A DNA stretch of 64,000 bases from NCBI GenBank assembly GCA_049976505.1, contig JBMFIC010000003.1, positions 25,304 through 89,303 of the forward strand, written 5' to 3'. Below, piece by piece: positions 43,697 through 53,206 of this stretch; position 1 is the first letter of the stretch; every line of letters begins with the position of its first letter. Source of the DNA: Nitrososphaeria archaeon. GTDB lineage: Archaea; Thermoproteota; Nitrososphaeria; Conexivisphaerales; UBA164. The notes below the pieces were generated by a model, which was not told the DNA's origin, did not search any database, and saw only the letters and a program-made list of their open reading frames with translations. Made by a program: the position numbers and the translations under genes.

Positions 43697-44260
43697 GTGA
43701 ACGGCAACTCATACCTGGAGCGCGCAGGGGTTATAACCTTTGTAGGGACCTTTCAGTTCATAATCATGATGATTGTAGCGGAGGCGGAGTACAAAGGGTA
43801 CAGCATAAGCTCCAACTACATAAGCGATCTTGGAGTGGGCTCTACGGCGCCTATATTTAACTTCTCTATAATGATCTTCGGAATGGCTGTTATGATTTCA
43901 TCATACCTAGTTTATAAGGGCCTGAAAACGAAGCTCTTCCCGGCCCTCATGTTCATAGGAGGTCTGGGCGCTTTTCTGGTGGGGGTGTTTCCGGAGTACA
44001 CTCCTTATCACATACACACGATCGTCTCGTTTATTACGTTCCTGTTCGGCTCGCTTGCTGTCATAAGCTCCTATAGGCTTCAGGGATCTTTAATGAAATA
44101 CGTATCGGTCCTTGTAGGCCTCTTCTCTCTTATCTCGCTTTTCCTCTTTGCATCAGGGGTCACGCTTGGGCTTGGGGTAGGCGGCATAGAGAGGATGATA
44201 GCTTATCCGGTTCTTTTATGGATACTTTATTTCAGCGGATACCTCTACAGATCGTCTTAG
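43697..44260 (+). CDS. DUF998-like integral membrane protein
   Basis: ~6 hydrophobic segments, ..ISDLGVG.. motif. The ORF-track N-terminal extension overlaps the MBL gene on the other strand. GTG at 43697 chosen. Confidence 0.45.
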   Translation: MNGNSYLERAGVITFVGTFQFIIMMIVAEAEYKGYSISSNYISDLGVGSTAPIFNFSIMIFGMAVMISSYLVYKGLKTKLFPALMFIGGLGAFLVGVFPEYTPYHIHTIVSFITFLFGSLAVISSYRLQGSLMKYVSVLVGLFSLISLFLFASGVTLGLGVGGIERMIAYPVLLWILYFSGYLYRSS

Positions 44261-44299
44261 CTCAGCAAAGCTTTTAGATGCTCGTGGCTGATACATATT

Positions 44300-44701
44300 A
44301 TGAGCCTGGACTTTCTCAAGGAGATCTTAGAGAGCGACCCGTTTCTCAAGCACGTTGGGATTAAGGTCAAAAACATCCAGCAGGGAGGGTGCGAGCTCTA
44401 TATGGACTTCAGGGAGGAGATAACGAGGTTCGGAGGCTTCGTTAACGGAGGGGCCATAGCAACGCTTGCCGACGCCGCTGGCGGATGCGCGGCGCTGACC
44501 AGCAACCTCGGTTACAACGAAGTGACAGTAGATCTTGAAATTACGTACATGAGGCCGATAACAACGGGCCCCATAGTTGCAAGATCTAGGATTATCAAGA
44601 GCGGAAAGAACCTGGCCTATGCGCTGATTGAGGTCTATGACGGGAACAACGCGCTGTGCAGCATCGTAAAGGGCACGTACTTTTATACAGAGCGATTTTA
44701 G
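44300..44701 (+). CDS. PaaI/hotdog-fold acyl-CoA thioesterase
   Basis: 133 aa. ..GGFVNGGAIATLADAAGG.. motif. Confidence 0.75.
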   Translation: MSLDFLKEILESDPFLKHVGIKVKNIQQGGCELYMDFREEITRFGGFVNGGAIATLADAAGGCAALTSNLGYNEVTVDLEITYMRPITTGPIVARSRIIKSGKNLAYALIEVYDGNNALCSIVKGTYFYTERF

Positions 44702-45819
44702 GAAGCATTGCTTCTTGTGATGTGTTTACTAAGAATTCTGTTGAGAAGCACGACCAGCACAAGCGTGATGGCGGAGGAGGCTCCCATCAGGGCCCAGGAA
44801 TAAAGAGTCCCTATGGCAGACACGTATCCTATTACAACGCTGCCCAGAACTCCTCCTACGGTCTTACCTGTATAGAGTACGCTCGTAATTGATGTCGAGT
44901 ACGCTTCTCCCAGATAGTCCCCCACGAGTGAAAAATAGAGAGGGATCATGGCCCCTCCCAGAAATCCAATTACTATCTCAGGGATCAGCGGCACCCCCAG
45001 AGCTCCTAGCGCCGCCGATGCCGTTATCAGGACGAATGAAGCGATCATGGTCCTGAGCCTCCCGAAGCTGTCGGAAATCCTTCCCATAACTGGCCTTCCC
45101 AGCCCGCTCATCAGAGGAAATACGGCGGCGGCCAGATAGAAATAGGATACGTTCTTCAGAGCGAACATGCTGGATGACAGCGAAAGAAGCGGAACCGTGC
45201 CTAGCGCGTACGAAATGTATATAATGAGAAAGATTTTTGAAAGGACGGCCTCCTTCGGTTTTACGCCACGAAGGCCGGCAGGATAGGACACGTTTAAAAC
45301 AAGCGGCGGAAGAACTAAGGCCTCCGCGGCGAACATCGTTATGCCTATGGTCTGAAGGCTCTTTACAGCTAGGAACAGGGGGTTAAACATGGTGGCCCCT
45401 GCACCAAAGCCAAAGGACACGAGCCCCACCGCGAGCCCTCGGTTGTTTCTGTGCCACTTTAGCGCGGCGTTAGTCGCGATTCCGTAAAGAATGCCCTCGC
45501 CAGCAGAACCCAGTCCCCACAGAGCTATCCTCAGAGCAAGTCCTACGTCCCGGAGAAACGAAAGATATCCGCTCGCGGATAAAAAAGCTGCAAGGATTCC
45601 TATTTTTCTGGGTCCGTAGTTATCTGCAACAAAACCTCCAGCTATCTGAAACAAAGTGCTCATAAGGACGAAGACAAGGAACATGAGCTCGGTGTACATT
45701 AGATTGACGTTGTAGTACTTTGTTAGATAAACAGCGAAGACGTTCCACGAGTACTGGTATACAGAATTAAAGACCATGATTGCGGTGGCGGAGGCAAGAA
45801 TCCTGAGTTTTATTTCCAT
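44698..45819 (-). CDS. MFS transporter (oxalate/formate-antiporter-like)
   Basis: 373 aa, 10-12 TM segments with MFS loop motifs (..GRISDSFGR..). Confidence 0.7.
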   Translation of the reverse strand: MEIKLRILASATAIMVFNSVYQYSWNVFAVYLTKYYNVNLMYTELMFLVFVLMSTLFQIAGGFVADNYGPRKIGILAAFLSASGYLSFLRDVGLALRIALWGLGSAGEGILYGIATNAALKWHRNNRGLAVGLVSFGFGAGATMFNPLFLAVKSLQTIGITMFAAEALVLPPLVLNVSYPAGLRGVKPKEAVLSKIFLIIYISYALGTVPLLSLSSSMFALKNVSYFYLAAAVFPLMSGLGRPVMGRISDSFGRLRTMIASFVLITASAALGALGVPLIPEIVIGFLGGAMIPLYFSLVGDYLGEAYSTSITSVLYTGKTVGGVLGSVVIGYVSAIGTLYSWALMGASSAITLVLVVLLNRILSKHITRSNAS

Positions 45820-45902
45820 TTACCACATAGAAAACCAAAATCTGGCTTAAACTTTTTTGATGTTGGCATAAGTTTAAATAAAAACGTTATAATTTTTAAA
45901 AT

Positions 45903-48629
45903 GTGAGCAAGGTAGAGGTTCCAAAGCGCATCTACAGAAAGTACCACGAGCTTTTTGGTGAGAAGGTTGTCAACGGAAGACGGCTTGTCGTTGAAGACGT
46001 CATAGGACAGGTCTACGACGAAGTTAAGGACCTCTGGAAGGAATGTCTGAGGCAGAGAAGGGAAACTCTCGACAGCACGCTTAGCGTCAGAGAAAAGTAC
46101 GCCATCCCGGAGCTGGATACTGTATATGAGGACCCGGTAACGGGTGAAAGAAGGACCTACGGGGAAATCCTGAAGGGACTTATAGACAACTTTCTCGGGA
46201 GGAAGACGAACCTTGCATGGAGGCTCAACGACGAGTTTCCAATACCCGACTATGCCCATCCTCTAAAAAATCCAGGTCTTGAAATAACAGGCCCATGGAA
46301 CCCGCCAGATATGGCGATCAAGCAGATAAACGCGGACGTCGCTGCAACCATGGGTCCCGATGACGAGGATGCGGCGCCTCCTGACTACGTGCCATACGGC
46401 TTCCCCAGCAGAAATACCGTGGGGCTTTTTGAGTCCAGACTTAACGAAAAGAAAATACTTGCTGGAGAGCTAACGGAGGTTAAGATCGTTAAGAAAGGTC
46501 AGCTGAGGACCTATAAGATCAGCAAGCCCATGGAAAAATGGCCAGCCAGCTTTCATCGAATACCAGGCATACATCTGCTTACATTCAACGTTCTGATCGA
46601 TGGCAGGCCCGCCCCCTCCTTCATAGTGGATCTTGTTATACACGCCCTGAACGACTTTGAGAGCCTGAAGAAGGCCGGAAGGATGCTTCTTTATTACATA
46701 CCAAAGACTCAGACGCCGCAGGAGGCCTACATGATAGCAAAGGCAATATGGAAGCTTGAAAGACTGATGGGCGCTGAGAGGCCTGGCAGCCTGATTAAGT
46801 TCAAGGCGCTTTATGAGGAGGCAAACGCCGGAAGGTTCCTGCCAGTAATAATGTGGATGTGGAGATACTGGCTCATAGGAACCAACGTAGGAAGATGGGA
46901 CTACACCGGAAGCCTGATTGAGATGTGGAAGAATGAAAGGGTTCTTCCTGACCCTCAGAACGGCGCCCGCATGGGCATGGTTTCACCGCACATGATGGCA
47001 TATCAGAGGTACAACGCGCTACTTAACGTGATGGCAGGAATCAAGGACGGCGAGCTTGTTAATGGCGCACCTATAGGTGGCATGGCCGCGGTGATGCTGT
47101 ATCAGCGTACAGATGCTTACAGCAGGTACAGACACAACGCAGTGACTCTCAGGGCCATGAAGCTGGACAAGCTCAGGGAGAGGCTCATAGGGCTGATCTT
47201 TGTGCCCGATGAGGACGTAAGCGGCAGAAAGGTGACGCTGAGCGACATCCTGGAGGGAAAGGTAAGGGGAAGACTTTACGACGCATACAGGCAGAGCTGG
47301 GTGGCATCTCCAGATGAACAGTACGTCGCGGCCGGAAACGAGCCACTCAGAGCCGATCTCAGAAGGCTTCAGGAAATGCTGAAAGCGCCTGTCTTGTGGG
47401 AGGAGGTCGACGGGGAGAGGATAGCTCCAAAGCTTGAAAGCGGGCTCACGGAGGACGAAAAGAGGCTTTTGAGCAGCCTTGGGCTCATCGATGAGAACGC
47501 CAACATAACTCCATGGGTGATTACACGGGAAACAATTGATTCTCCGGAAAAGCTGCTTAGCTCAAGGGATCTGTGGATGGGAAGGGATCTCTGGAGTAGC
47601 CTGTACGATGTAGCAGAGGGTGACATCACGGTAGAAAACATACAGCACGCTTTTTACATGGCTGCCAACTATGGCTTTCAGGTTCTTAACGGAAACCTAG
47701 CTGCAGCAATAGACGACTACCGCGCCTTTCCAAACAGGCTTGTGAGGTTCATGAACGACCTTGCAACGTACAGAATCTTCGTCTCCTGGCTCTGGACGCT
47801 CTATAATCGTGGTGCGGTGATAACGAAGGACGGATACATTAAGGGACCAAAGCTGACGAGGGATGGTGTAATACCAGAGGAGAACGTTTACCTCATAAAG
47901 GCCGGAACGCCATTTGACAGAGAACTTCTGGAGAAGATATGGGAGCAGCACTACAGGTGGACGGAGGAGTTCTACCGGGATTACGACAGGCTGGTGGCGC
48001 TCAGGCTGGTCATAGCTGCAGTGTCCAAGCTAGGAGGAAGGAGCGAGGAGGGTCTTCAGCAGGCGTCTGACGAAGCTCTTAAGACTTTCGCAATGGAGAC
48101 CAACCTAACGGAGCCCGTTGTGAGAAGAATAGCAGAGGCGATGGGGGTCCAGTTCAGGAGGAGGATGCTGGTGCTTTCCAGAAGAATTGTGAGGGTTCAG
48201 AACATAGTTTCACTGGCTTACGGAAAGCCTCCCACTTACAGGTCTTACATAACTTTACACCAGGCCGCAAGGAGGATATCAAGAGAGCTTGGTCTGAGCG
48301 TCAGGTACGTCAAAAGCGTTCTTGTGGCGAACAGGCCAATGTTCGACAGGAGCAAGGCCCCTATCATAATGGACGTTCTCAGGAGACAGATAGCGTCTCC
48401 TATGTACATACAGCACAGCGGAAGGGTGCTATTTTCAATAGCGGACAAGGAGCGCAGCTTGAGGGACAAGATACTTGATGCGGTATACCATCTGGACAGG
48501 AATCTAAGACCCATCTACAGGGATTCTAGTGGAAATCCGTCACGCGAGGAAATTCTGAAGGCCGGCAAGGGAAAGCGGATACCAAACATAGTGGTTCAAA
48601 TATACGATTATGTTTACGACAGGTATTAA
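45903..48629 (+). CDS. Malate synthase, unusually long archaeal form (908 aa)
   Basis: Core malate-synthase motifs LYYIPKTQTPQEA (YxPK), ..LYEEANAG.. and NVGRWDYTGS (GRWDY) in the middle. Long N- and C-terminal regions without a recognisable family. Confidence 0.7.
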   Translation: MSKVEVPKRIYRKYHELFGEKVVNGRRLVVEDVIGQVYDEVKDLWKECLRQRRETLDSTLSVREKYAIPELDTVYEDPVTGERRTYGEILKGLIDNFLGRKTNLAWRLNDEFPIPDYAHPLKNPGLEITGPWNPPDMAIKQINADVAATMGPDDEDAAPPDYVPYGFPSRNTVGLFESRLNEKKILAGELTEVKIVKKGQLRTYKISKPMEKWPASFHRIPGIHLLTFNVLIDGRPAPSFIVDLVIHALNDFESLKKAGRMLLYYIPKTQTPQEAYMIAKAIWKLERLMGAERPGSLIKFKALYEEANAGRFLPVIMWMWRYWLIGTNVGRWDYTGSLIEMWKNERVLPDPQNGARMGMVSPHMMAYQRYNALLNVMAGIKDGELVNGAPIGGMAAVMLYQRTDAYSRYRHNAVTLRAMKLDKLRERLIGLIFVPDEDVSGRKVTLSDILEGKVRGRLYDAYRQSWVASPDEQYVAAGNEPLRADLRRLQEMLKAPVLWEEVDGERIAPKLESGLTEDEKRLLSSLGLIDENANITPWVITRETIDSPEKLLSSRDLWMGRDLWSSLYDVAEGDITVENIQHAFYMAANYGFQVLNGNLAAAIDDYRAFPNRLVRFMNDLATYRIFVSWLWTLYNRGAVITKDGYIKGPKLTRDGVIPEENVYLIKAGTPFDRELLEKIWEQHYRWTEEFYRDYDRLVALRLVIAAVSKLGGRSEEGLQQASDEALKTFAMETNLTEPVVRRIAEAMGVQFRRRMLVLSRRIVRVQNIVSLAYGKPPTYRSYITLHQAARRISRELGLSVRYVKSVLVANRPMFDRSKAPIIMDVLRRQIASPMYIQHSGRVLFSIADKERSLRDKILDAVYHLDRNLRPIYRDSSGNPSREEILKAGKGKRIPNIVVQIYDYVYDRY

Positions 48630-48649
48630 AAACTTGGTTTTTTATTGAT

Positions 48650-49807
48650 CTAGAGCCCTTTCTTGAAGAGCAACTCCTCGGCTGCAGCTATTCCCTTGCC
48701 GAGATCAACGTCGTAGCCGTTCTTCTTTAGGGCCCTTTCAATTGCTCCCACCGCTATCAGTACCTCCGACGCCGTTATGCTGCCCATGTGTCCTATCCTG
48801 AAGTACCTCTCTTTTATCTCCGGCACAAGCCCTCCCGCAAATACAGCTCCAAAGCGCTCCGCATCGCTCAGAAAGCTTGACTGCTTAACCATTTCGGGCA
48901 GGAACTGAACGCTGATGGTGTTGGCATAAGCGCCTTCCTCAGGCATCATCTTTAGCCCTAGGCTTCTTATCGCAGCTCTAATGCTTTCAGCTACGACCTC
49001 ATGCCTTCTTACTCTGTTATCTAATCCCTCATTTAATATGCTGTTCAGGCTTGCATCAAGGGCGTATATCAGGTTCACCGCGGGCGTTGCGAAATAGGCC
49101 GCCTTCCCTTGCATATAGCTGTTAAGAATATCCCTCCATTTTCTCAGATCCGAATAGAAGGTAAGAGGCTGAACCCTTTCCATAGCCTTAAGAGCCTTAG
49201 GCCCCACTACACCCACAGCAAGCCCTGGAGGCGTTCCCAGGGCCTTCTGGGATGCCGTGAAAGCCACGTCCGCACCCCACTCCATGCTGAACTCCTCGCC
49301 TCCTATGGAGCACACCCCATCAACAACCAGGATTGTGTCCAGATCTCGGAAATAATTCGCGATTTCCTTTACGTTGTTTCTCACGCCGGTGCTGGTGTCA
49401 ACGTGCGTAACGGTAACCAGATCGTAGCCACCCTTGCTTGCTCTCTCATAAACTTCCTTGGGATCTGCTGGACGACCTAGAGGAGTCCTGTAGACGTCAA
49501 CTTTCTTGGCGAACCTCGAAAGAAGGTCCACAAACCTGTCTCCGAAATATCCCGTGCTGACCACAAGAACGCTAGAATCGCGTTTTATGAAGTTAACAGT
49601 CGCTATCTCCATAGCCAGGGTTCCGGAGCCGGCGATTACAAAGGGCAGGCCCTCTTTAGCGCCAAATATCTTCATCGTGTTCTCAAGGGCTCGTTGGAAA
49701 ATTTCTGTGAACTCCCTTGATGTGTGCGCGTAAGTCGGCCTTGACATTGCGGCAAGAACGTCGTGTTCGTACTCTACCGGGCCGGGGATCATCAGAATTT
49801 TCTTCAA
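48650..49807 (-). CDS. Class-V aminotransferase (serine/alanine--glyoxylate aminotransferase type)
   Basis: 385 aa. ..GSGTLAMEIA.., ..DGVCSIGG.., ..ASQKALGTPPGLA... Confidence 0.8.
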   Translation of the reverse strand: MKKILMIPGPVEYEHDVLAAMSRPTYAHTSREFTEIFQRALENTMKIFGAKEGLPFVIAGSGTLAMEIATVNFIKRDSSVLVVSTGYFGDRFVDLLSRFAKKVDVYRTPLGRPADPKEVYERASKGGYDLVTVTHVDTSTGVRNNVKEIANYFRDLDTILVVDGVCSIGGEEFSMEWGADVAFTASQKALGTPPGLAVGVVGPKALKAMERVQPLTFYSDLRKWRDILNSYMQGKAAYFATPAVNLIYALDASLNSILNEGLDNRVRRHEVVAESIRAAIRSLGLKMMPEEGAYANTISVQFLPEMVKQSSFLSDAERFGAVFAGGLVPEIKERYFRIGHMGSITASEVLIAVGAIERALKKNGYDVDLGKGIAAAEELLFKKGL

Positions 49808-49848
49808 CTTGATTTTTAATTTTCAAAAAACATATTTAAACTTTTAAT

Positions 49849-50895
49849 CTAGATCCTGAAGGCATCCTTTGAAATGAGATCCGTAGAGGCAGTCCTCATG
49901 TCCCTGAGATAGTTTGAAGTAAGAAGCGTCAGGAACATTGAGTCCCGATACAGCCTTTCGATACCCACGTCCTCCAGATATCCGTAGCCTCCGTGTACCT
50001 GAAGGGCTATGCGGGAGGCCAGCCTAGCAATCTCAAGAGCGTGGAGCTTGAACATAACTGCGCTCTCCCCACCTTCCGATGCCGTAAGCGCATCTTTCAT
50101 GTGACCTATTCTGCTCTTCATGTCGCTCAGAACCGCAGCTATGGGCTGAAACTCATACAGATAGCTCTCGAACGCCCTTCTCTGCTTGGAGTACTCTATT
50201 GCTTTATCGATAGCGGATTCGGCAATTCCAAGGGCCATCGCTCCCACCTGTAGTGATGAGGAGTCAAGGTGTCTAGCAAGGGCCTCCTCTGCTTTCTCCT
50301 GGATCAGCACATTATCGCTGGTAACTTCAGCATCGTAAAAGCTCACGCCAAACTCCAGCGCTCTTAAACCCAGGGGCTTCTTTCTATCAACCCGGCTTGG
50401 CTTAGCAAGCACCAGCAGGGATCTTTCAGCTGATCTGGCTAGAACTATGTGATAGGCCGCGCTGGGCAGCACCACGTACTCGTTCTCTCCCTGCAGCCTT
50501 CCTCCCTCGACCTTCACGTTGTGCTGAGAGTTCATGTTTATGTCGTGGACCAGCGTTCCTGCAGTTTTTCCGGATGCTATTGTTGGGATCAGGTCTGGCC
50601 TTCCGTTCTGATGAAGAACCTCGTTAACAAGCGTGTTTTGCACATATATGTAATATGCAACCGATGGCGAGTACTTTGCTATCGTATAGAGAATCAGTGA
50701 AAACGACCTTCCATCTATGCCAGAGCCTCCTTCAGACGGAGGAACCGTCGCTGCAAGCAGACCAAGCTCAGCCAGCCTGCTAACTAATGACTGCGGCAGC
50801 CCCTCCTTCTCTATTTTAAGTGATATGTTCTCAAGCTCCGACCTGGCGAACTGCTCTATTACGCTCATAAGCAGCTTCTGCTCCTCTGAGGGCAT
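49849..50895 (-). CDS. Acyl-CoA-dehydrogenase-fold protein, degenerate (lacks the FAD and catalytic-base motifs); candidate non-catalytic partner subunit
   Basis: ACAD-like ends (..VHGGYGYLEDVGIERLYRDS..). However, MFLTLLTSNYL replaces the I(Y/W)EGTNEI catalytic-Glu motif, and there is no TEPxxGSD FAD motif. The ATG at 50895 is 1 nt after the upstream ACAD stop. Confidence 0.6.
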   Translation of the reverse strand: MPSEEQKLLMSVIEQFARSELENISLKIEKEGLPQSLVSRLAELGLLAATVPPSEGGSGIDGRSFSLILYTIAKYSPSVAYYIYVQNTLVNEVLHQNGRPDLIPTIASGKTAGTLVHDINMNSQHNVKVEGGRLQGENEYVVLPSAAYHIVLARSAERSLLVLAKPSRVDRKKPLGLRALEFGVSFYDAEVTSDNVLIQEKAEEALARHLDSSSLQVGAMALGIAESAIDKAIEYSKQRRAFESYLYEFQPIAAVLSDMKSRIGHMKDALTASEGGESAVMFKLHALEIARLASRIALQVHGGYGYLEDVGIERLYRDSMFLTLLTSNYLRDMRTASTDLISKDAFRI

Positions 50896-50896
50896 G

Positions 50897-52018
50897 TTAC
50901 TTCGCCTCCGCAAGCCTCCTTAGCAGCATCCTCGATATGACTAGCTTTTCTATCTCGTTTGTTCCCTCCCATATTTCGGTAATCTTCGCGTCCCTGTAAA
51001 GCTTCTCAACCCTTGTGCTCAGCCCCTCTATCCCTATTATTTTGAAAGCTTCGTTCGCCACGAAGTTAGCCACATCGGCGGCATAATACTTCGCCATGCT
51101 AGTTAGTACTGGATCCGGATTAAAAGCGAAGACCTTGGAGGCTGCCTTGTAGGTAAGATTCCTAGCCGCCTCAACCATAGTGCTCATCTCAGCAAGCGCG
51201 AACTGTACCGACTCCATTTCCCTGAAGCCCTGCGGCTTCCTCGAAAGGTAATCCATGAGCGCATCCAGCATTCCCTGTGCCGTTCCAACGCTCTGAGCAG
51301 CCACATAAACCCTGCTGATGTTAAAAAAGGTCATTACTATGTAGAAGCCCTTTCCCTCTTCCCCAAGCGTGTTTTCAGCCGGGATCTCAACGTTTTCAAA
51401 GGTTATCTCAGCTGTATCAGTAGCCCTCATTCCAAGCTTCCCCCTTAACTTAACGGGGTTTACACCCTTCCATCTCCTCTCAACTATTACAAGCGTGAGC
51501 CCGTGATGTCTTTTGTCCTTTGGCGGGGGCGACGATCTGGCAAGCAGATAGTAGTGGTCGGCCACAGTACCGTTAGTTATGAACATCTTGTGCCCATTAA
51601 GAATCCATCCTCTTTCCGTTTTCTCTAGACTGGAGGAGATTCCAGCGACGTCGCTTCCTGCTCCGGGCTCCGTTACTGCGACAGCGCTTATCTTCTCTCC
51701 CTTCAGAGTAGGGTACATGTACTTCTCCTTTTGTTCGTCCGTGCCGTAAAGAAGAACCATTTCCGCGCCGAAAACTGAAGCCAGGGAGCTGAGTCCAAGG
51801 CCCGGGTCAACCCTGCAGAACTCCTCCATAGTGACGAGCATGTTCCATGGATTTTCGAGCGTTATAAATCCCGCCTCAAAGACCTTCCTTCTTATCTCAT
51901 TGGGATACTCCTCGGTCTCATCGTAGTGCCTTATCAGGTCGTCCGTGAACTCCCTCAGGGCGAACTCTCTGGCCTTCTTTCTGGTCTGCTCCACCTCTTC
52001 TGGAAGCTCAAAGCTCAA
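50897..52018 (-). CDS. Acyl-CoA dehydrogenase (canonical)
   Basis: 373 aa. AVAVTEPGAGSD, ..YRDAKITEIWEGTNEI.. (catalytic Glu). Confidence 0.9.
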   Translation of the reverse strand: MSFELPEEVEQTRKKAREFALREFTDDLIRHYDETEEYPNEIRRKVFEAGFITLENPWNMLVTMEEFCRVDPGLGLSSLASVFGAEMVLLYGTDEQKEKYMYPTLKGEKISAVAVTEPGAGSDVAGISSSLEKTERGWILNGHKMFITNGTVADHYYLLARSSPPPKDKRHHGLTLVIVERRWKGVNPVKLRGKLGMRATDTAEITFENVEIPAENTLGEEGKGFYIVMTFFNISRVYVAAQSVGTAQGMLDALMDYLSRKPQGFREMESVQFALAEMSTMVEAARNLTYKAASKVFAFNPDPVLTSMAKYYAADVANFVANEAFKIIGIEGLSTRVEKLYRDAKITEIWEGTNEIEKLVISRMLLRRLAEAK

Positions 52019-52020
52019 TA

Positions 52021-53205
52021 TTACTCCACCCTCTCAAGAACCGCAGCATAGCCCTGTCCTCCGCCAACGCATAGCGTGGCCACGCCGTACTTGGCCTTCT
52101 TCTCGTTAAGTATTCTTGCGAGCGTTCCTGTGATCCTGGCCCCCGTAGCCCCCAGCGGATGCCCTATGGCTATAGCGCCTCCGTGCACGTTGACCCTATC
52201 AGGATCGAGCTTCAGCTCCTTTATTGCGTAGAGAGTAACCACAGCAAAGGCTTCGTTTATCTCCCAGTAATCTATGTCCTCAACGCTGAGCCCAGCCTTT
52301 TCAAGCGCTTTTCTGCTGGCCGGAACGGGTCCCTTGCCCATGAGGTAGGGCTCAACTCCAGCCCATCCAATAGACTTTATCTTCGCGAGAGGCTTAAGGT
52401 TATACTTTTCAACGGCTCTCTCAGATGCAAGAAGCACCGCCGAAGCTCCAGCGTTTAGCGGCGATGAATTTCCTGCTGTTATCACGCCCCCAGGCTTGAA
52501 CGCAGGAGGCAGGGAAGCTATGGCCTCGAGTGAAGTATCGGGCCTTATGCTCTGATCCCTGTCTACCACGATTTCCTTTCCCTGATACTCGGTCTTAACT
52601 GGAAGGATTTCCCCCGAGAACCACCCATCCTGAAGAGCTCTGGATGCGAGGACGTGGCTTCTGTACGACCACTCGTCCATCTCCTTTTTGGTTATCCCGC
52701 TGACCTCGGCGAGCTTCTCAGCGGTCAGGCCCATCACATAGCCGACGTTCATCTGGTACTTCATGTACTCAGGTCTTATCAGGAGCTTGTAGTTTGGCAC
52801 GACGTGGGGGTTATCGCTCATAGGAACGTGAGTCATGTGCTCCATGCCCCCGGCAATTACCAGCTCTGAGTTTCCAGTCTGAATTTCCATGGCCCCTATT
52901 CCTATTGCTGTAAGAGATGACGAGCAGGCCCTGTCAACAGCCATAGAGGGGACCTCCCATGGGAGGTTTGCGAGAAGAACGGGATGTCTTCCCCCATATA
53001 GCCAGTTCTCGTGGACCTGGAAGGCGCAGCCGGTAATTACGTCTCCTATATCGTTAGGGTCAACGTTGGTTCGCTTTATTATCTCCTTTATCAGAAGCGC
53101 GAGAACCTCATCCATCCTGAGGGCGTTGAAGACGTCTCTCTCGGGCTCTTTAGGTCTTGACCTCGAAAACGGGCTCCTAAGATAATCCGCTATATATACC
53201 TCCAC
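52021..53205 (-). CDS. 3-ketoacyl-CoA thiolase / acetyl-CoA acetyltransferase
   Basis: DRACSSSL (active Cys), NVHGGAIAIGHPLGATG, LCVGGGQG. GTG at 53205 preceded by GGGGGAGATAAA, 1 nt after the upstream stop. The ORF-track extension to 53292 overlaps that gene. Confidence 0.9.
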   Translation of the reverse strand: MEVYIADYLRSPFSRSRPKEPERDVFNALRMDEVLALLIKEIIKRTNVDPNDIGDVITGCAFQVHENWLYGGRHPVLLANLPWEVPSMAVDRACSSSLTAIGIGAMEIQTGNSELVIAGGMEHMTHVPMSDNPHVVPNYKLLIRPEYMKYQMNVGYVMGLTAEKLAEVSGITKKEMDEWSYRSHVLASRALQDGWFSGEILPVKTEYQGKEIVVDRDQSIRPDTSLEAIASLPPAFKPGGVITAGNSSPLNAGASAVLLASERAVEKYNLKPLAKIKSIGWAGVEPYLMGKGPVPASRKALEKAGLSVEDIDYWEINEAFAVVTLYAIKELKLDPDRVNVHGGAIAIGHPLGATGARITGTLARILNEKKAKYGVATLCVGGGQGYAAVLERVE

Positions 53206-53206
53206 T

